Shown piece by piece: positions 59,440 to 64,000 of a stretch of 64,000 nt of DNA. A program made the translations under genes and the position numbers. Source of the stretch: Lingula anatina (taxonomy: Eukaryota > Animalia > Brachiopoda); the NCBI GenBank assembly GCA_051362555.1, contig JBPQGU010000013.1, positions 62,001 through 126,000 of the forward strand. The letters run 5' to 3'. How positions within the stretch are numbered: the stretch's first letter is position 1; every line of letters begins with the position of its first letter. A model generated the notes under the pieces. The model was not told the origin of the DNA and did no database searches. It was given only the letters and a program-made list of their open reading frames with translations.

Positions 59440-61362
59440 TTAATTACATGCTCTCTTTGAATAGCTATGATCAGGAATTACAAGTTTTGGCATAGATATG
59501 CATCTTCTGTAGTCATTATTACTTTTCAATGCTTTAGATCTGTCATATCTTCTGTAACGGCTAAGGATTCTCTGTCTAGCTCTTAACTTAAATGCAACTG
59601 TCTTTTTGTGATTTACTCTCATTTTCATCTGTTTTTCATCTTTCTCCAGATATTTAACAACTGAAGAAGTGGGCCTAACACCAACAGAGGCCATCTTACA
59701 CAAAGTGGATTGCTTAAGTCCATTATTCCTCAAGTGAACTGCACTGTGAATCCTGCCTTCGAAGTTCCGTGAAAAGGTGACAACTTTATTATTAGTTTTC
59801 TGAAATGTCCGGTTTAAAGACTCCACTTTTTGTGTGTTGGTATTAAGTTTTGTTGATTCAATTGCCCTTGGGCCCAGTCTATAATTTAGGCACTGTCTTA
59901 AGATGTGCACATCTTCAGAGTTGCTAAAGTCTAGTTTGCCTTTCTCAGGGAAAATAGTTTCCGTGCCACCTTTGCATACATAAGAATACTTTAAGCAGTT
60001 TTCACAATCACCGTTGTAACAACTAATTATAGAGTCAGTGACATAACTCAGTGCTCTTTTAATCAATTCTATGTCCCCTTTATTTGCTTTATAGCAGGCA
60101 TCGAATTCAGCATAACAGCGCATTGCTATGCACTGAGCAAAGCGTTTCTGCATCTTGTCTCTGGAGTACTTTGTTTTCCCTGGGAAAACTTGACCGGAAA
60201 ATGGTGCTTTTTCAATTTGCTTTTTCAGAGCTTTACTGAAGTGGCGCGTGTCCCGAAGACTTTCGACATCATCACATGCAGAGTGGGCTCGGCTATCACC
60301 ATCAGTGGTCAAGGCACCAACTGTGACCTCTCCAGAAATTTCCTCGAGGATCTGCTGCATGGCACGTTTCTCGTCTCCAATACTGTCGTCTTCCCGTAGA
60401 TTCGCCGTGCAGATACCACTGTGCTCTGGACAGGATACATCTTCCCCTCTACTTTTAAGCAGGTGAGCTGTGTGGCATAACTTGTTTCCGGTGTAAACAC
60501 CAATGATGTCTTTTTTGCTGGTTACATTTTCTGCAACGGTGTATACAGTCTGAGTGGCTGGCTGGTATGGTGTTTTGTTCCCTCCACTAAACAGACTATT
60601 ATTATATCTGCCATCTCCTTCCACTGCTATGGGCTGTCCTTCACACCCTCTCAGATCTTGAATGCGGCGTAGATTCTCACGGCGCTGTTGCATGTCAGCT
60701 TTGTTAAGCTTGGTTATAGCAGCACCGACTTTATTTGCTTGCTTTTGCATGGATGATGCACTGGGCGGGGTCACATTGGTCGCCATTAGAATCTGCCTCA
60801 TGGCCGTGTTGGAGATCATGTTTTGTGACAGGCCTACTTGCAAGCCTGCATTCACCGTTGCTGCTCTCCTGCCACGCTGCTTGCTCTCGACTTCATTGTA
60901 CAATTTCTGTTTCCCTGTCCTGTACTGACACGTGTCACATTTTAGTCCCATTGACCAAGCCACTCCCCACTTGCTTTCTGCCTCTCTGTCCCAAACCATT
61001 GAGCCAGTGCACTCAGCTGTATGCTCTGACAAGACTTTGTTGACCAGATTGACAATTTTTTCTGGTGAAACCAACTTGTATTCATCATCTGGGGGTTGGG
61101 GCTGGCTGCTGGACAAACTCTCTGACTGGGCCCTCCTAGGTCTGAGGATGACGGGTGCATCAGGGTTGCTGCTGAGGGTTGCTGGCGGCCCGACAGGGGG
61201 TGGAGAGGAGGCTGCCTGGTACAACTCTTGGCTGGGTCTGATGTATCTTCTCACAATAGGCTCTGGAGGCTGGTCAGACTTCTGTCTTGCATGGTATAGC
61301 TTGTGTCCCTTCACAAATACACTTTTTCTTCGTTTTTTCCAGCTACCTTTACCGTACGGCAT
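59440..61362 (-). CDS. DDE transposase, intact copy
   Basis: Identical translation. Confidence 0.9.
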   Translation of the reverse strand: MPYGKGSWKKRRKSVFVKGHKLYHARQKSDQPPEPIVRRYIRPSQELYQAASSPPPVGPPATLSSNPDAPVILRPRRAQSESLSSSQPQPPDDEYKLVSPEKIVNLVNKVLSEHTAECTGSMVWDREAESKWGVAWSMGLKCDTCQYRTGKQKLYNEVESKQRGRRAATVNAGLQVGLSQNMISNTAMRQILMATNVTPPSASSMQKQANKVGAAITKLNKADMQQRRENLRRIQDLRGCEGQPIAVEGDGRYNNSLFSGGNKTPYQPATQTVYTVAENVTSKKDIIGVYTGNKLCHTAHLLKSRGEDVSCPEHSGICTANLREDDSIGDEKRAMQQILEEISGEVTVGALTTDGDSRAHSACDDVESLRDTRHFSKALKKQIEKAPFSGQVFPGKTKYSRDKMQKRFAQCIAMRCYAEFDACYKANKGDIELIKRALSYVTDSIISCYNGDCENCLKYSYVCKGGTETIFPEKGKLDFSNSEDVHILRQCLNYRLGPRAIESTKLNTNTQKVESLNRTFQKTNNKVVTFSRNFEGRIHSAVHLRNNGLKQSTLCKMASVGVRPTSSVVKYLEKDEKQMKMRVNHKKTVAFKLRARQRILSRYRRYDRSKALKSNNDYRRCISMPKLVIPDHSYSKRACN

Positions 61363-62070
61363 GGTGGATAGAAAGTGACTTCTGAGTCCAGAGGCAGAGA
61401 CAGGGCATTTTATAGCATCAGCTGCCCATTGTCTCTCCCAGGTGTGCAGGAAAGCAGGATACATTACAACAAAAGGTATGAACAGTGATTGGTAGTGGGG
61501 TTTCCTGTAAACAGCAAACTGCATGGCCCCAGTGCAGGAGGGGGGTATACAGCTTAGCAGTGAGTATTGTTCTGCAGGGAGGGACAAGAAGCTCATTTCC
61601 TGTATCCTCACAACAAACACAAACAAACATAAACAACAGTTGTGACAATTAACCTTGCACTTGAGTTTAAGTAATTTTTAGATATTTTAAAATATTTTTA
61701 TTAGTAATTTTCCACTTTTCACATTTTATTTCTCAACAAAGTGCACTTAAACTAGGCCCAACCAGTTAAGATGCTTATCTCAGATTTTCACACCTGTCCA
61801 GCATAAGGTGTCCAAATTTCAAAACAATTGAAACAAATTCAGGCACAGAAATGTACATTTAACTTTTTATCACTCATGAAATTATGCTTTCTCACCAGGT
61901 GCAATGTTGGCTAGAGTGGCCGATACAGCAACCACATTTTCAACTTGACAGGGCTCAGTCATCAAGAGACCGTTCTCAGTCATATTGGGCGGAGCAGTTG
62001 GCAGTGTATTAAGGTTTTAATTTTTGGTGTCAGAAGGTAAGAACAGGGGGGGTGGTTTGTGTGAATCTCA

Positions 62071-62528
62071 GGGCAGAAACCTCCAAATCAACCAATCAGC
62101 ACCTGTTATAGACGAATATAGTTCAGTGAGAAAAAATGAGTGCTTTTTTCCATTTTTTTCCTGGCATTTCTTGTGTGTTGCTAGGGTTAATTTTGGTATC
62201 AACTAGCAGAGTAGGGTGTTAACTACTGCCAGTTTTTTTTTCAGGACCAGGCACAGGTGCAGTGCAGTCGTGAGACCTCTGGCGGAAGGGTCTACTGACT
62301 GTGAGTGGTGCAGTGGTTTGTTTACAAACAGAGGGGTGCACATGTTCAAGTGATGCCGGTAAGACAGCGGAGTTGATGACAGTATATTTTTTTGCCATTT
62401 GGAGTTATGTCAGTGTGTCTGCTGTCCATGGAGATGGGAAATGTTTCCCAGAGTTATTTTCTTTATGCAGTTTTGCAGGCATTTCTTAGTATGGTCGTCA
62501 ATGGGAAATATTTTGGTGGTTTCTCCCC
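62071..62528 (+). repeat. LTDR copy (long allele)
   Basis: Same TIRs, 458 bp. Confidence 0.88.
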
Positions 62529-62627
62529 TGAACAGGAAAAGTGACAACTGTTCACTTTTGGCTTAGTTTCTAAATTTAGAGCAGCACAGGCCATAAAAGG
62601 GTGCTCTTGCATCATTTCACACAAAAA

Positions 62628-62993
62628 ATGGCTAATGACCAGTTCTAGGATGTATATCTTGCGAAATTACATGCAAAATTGCATAACACACAGGAGGGAT
62701 ACTGTTGGCTGTGGACTGGGGGCACCAGTTGTTCCAGTGGGGCCCGTTATGGGTTATGGAGGGTTACATTTCCTGGGGCTAGACACTCTGTTACTGTTGG
62801 AGTGCACAGGGTGGCATTTATGCTTAGGAGAGGGTTTTACACATTCCACCCGTGTGGAGTCGGTCTGTGCTGTAACCCCGATCATCTCACAGCAGAGCCT
62901 CAATGAATCAACAATAACAGATTACATTGTCGTAATGTGGGCAGGTGCCTCAGACACAGACGGGGGCCAAATTGTGTACATGATAATTATTAA
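62628..62993 (+). pseudogene. His-Me finger nuclease copy (same two stops)
   Basis: Identical. Confidence 0.85.
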
Positions 62994-63151
62994 TATTATT
63001 GTTATTATTATTAAATTTACATTTACTTAATTTATAGATTTCTCAATTATATTTATAAGTTTTAAGACTAGAAGAAAGACCAACAAACTTTTTTTCATAT
63101 TTCACAACCAGTTTATTACAGAGTAGTATCTTAAAATCATACATTTTTATT

Positions 63152-64000
63152 TTAATTACATGCTCTCTTTGAATAGCTATGATCAGGAATTACAAGTTTT
63201 GGCATAGATATGCATCTTCTGTAGTCATTATTACTTTTCAATGCTTTAGATCTGTCATATCTTCTGTAACGGCTAAGGATTCTCTGTCTAGCTCTTAACT
63301 TAAATGCAACTGTCTTTTTGTGATTTACTCTCATTTTCATCTGTTTTTCATCTTTCTCCAGATATTTAACAACTGAAGAAGTGGGCCTAACACCAACAGA
63401 GGCCATCTTACACAAAGTGGATTGCTTAAGTCCATTATTCCTCAAGTGAACTGCACTGTGAATCCTGCCTTCGAAGTTCCGTGAAAAGGTGACAACTTTA
63501 TTATTAGTTTTCTGAAATGTCCGGTTTAAAGACTCCACTTTTTGTGTGTTGGTATTAAGTTTTGTTGATTCAATTGCCCTTGGGCCCAGTCTATAATTTA
63601 GGCACTGTCTTAAGATGTGCACATCTTCAGAGTTGCTAAAGTCTAGTTTGCCTTTCTCAGGGAAAATAGTTTCCGTGCCACCTTTGCATACATAAGAATA
63701 CTTTAAGCAGTTTTCACAATCACCGTTGTAACAACTAATTATAGAGTCAGTGACATAACTCAGTGCTCTTTTAATCAATTCTATGTCCCCTTTATTTGCT
63801 TTATAGCAGGCATCGAATTCAGCATAACAGCGCATTGCTATGCACTGAGCAAAGCGTTTCTGCATCTTGTCTCTGGAGTACTTTGTTTTCCCTGGGAAAA
63901 CTTGACCGGAAAATGGTGCTTTTTCAATTTGCTTTTTCAGAGCTTTACTGAAGTGGCGCGTGTCCCGAAGACTTTCGACATCATCACATGCAGAGTGGGC
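63152..64000 (-). CDS. DDE transposase, 3' part (5' end beyond window)
   Basis: Identical C-terminal translation. Confidence 0.88.
   Translation of the reverse strand, partial: AHSACDDVESLRDTRHFSKALKKQIEKAPFSGQVFPGKTKYSRDKMQKRFAQCIAMRCYAEFDACYKANKGDIELIKRALSYVTDSIISCYNGDCENCLKYSYVCKGGTETIFPEKGKLDFSNSEDVHILRQCLNYRLGPRAIESTKLNTNTQKVESLNRTFQKTNNKVVTFSRNFEGRIHSAVHLRNNGLKQSTLCKMASVGVRPTSSVVKYLEKDEKQMKMRVNHKKTVAFKLRARQRILSRYRRYDRSKALKSNNDYRRCISMPKLVIPDHSYSKRACN

Larger units (their letters stand above)
1..64000. repeat. Tandem array of about 17 near-identical 3,707/3,712-bp transposon units (LTDR + internal region), running off both window edges
   Basis: ORF track recurs with 3707-3714 bp period (965, 4672, 8381, 12093, 15800, 19507, 23214...) with identical translations. 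The differences I saw are small indels. Confidence 0.99.

Noticed and set aside
1-64000. CRISPR array, rDNA/histone repeat, LTR retrotransposon, Helitron or prokaryotic IS array
   Set aside because: No short repeat-spacer pattern, no rRNA or histone sequence, no RT/gag/integrase or Rep-helicase motifs. The direct repeats end GG...CC with TIRs rather than TG...CA, and the expression signals are eukaryotic.

Overview
Eukaryotic (animal-type) DNA. The entire 64 kb is one tandem array of about 17 near-identical 3,707/3,712-bp units of a single DNA transposon, in three blocks: forward 1-26283, inverted 26284-46566, forward 46567-64000. Each unit has three parts. (i) A 458-bp segment bounded by its own 17-bp imperfect terminal inverted repeats (GGGCAGAAACCTCCAAA ... 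TTTGGTGGTTTCTCCCC) and flanked by a 4-bp TGAA direct repeat. (ii) A 640-aa DDE transposase of the Kolobok/Mutator-like class. (iii) A convergent 121-codon I-PpoI-type His-Me finger nuclease gene, only partly visible in the ORF track because it carries two in-frame stops (TAG codon 7, TGA codon 93). This matches the composite-like KolobokP lineage (LTDR-internal region-LTDR), here as an LTDR-sharing head-to-tail array. The multi-base junction variants sit exactly at the LTDR ends and look like palindromic cleavage/repair footprints. The two strand switches are non-reciprocal fold-backs, and indel errors cluster locally, so part of the large-scale structure may come from rolling-circle/MDA amplification or assembly. 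No host genes, RNA genes or CRISPR arrays are seen. All comparisons were made by eye; no database search was run.
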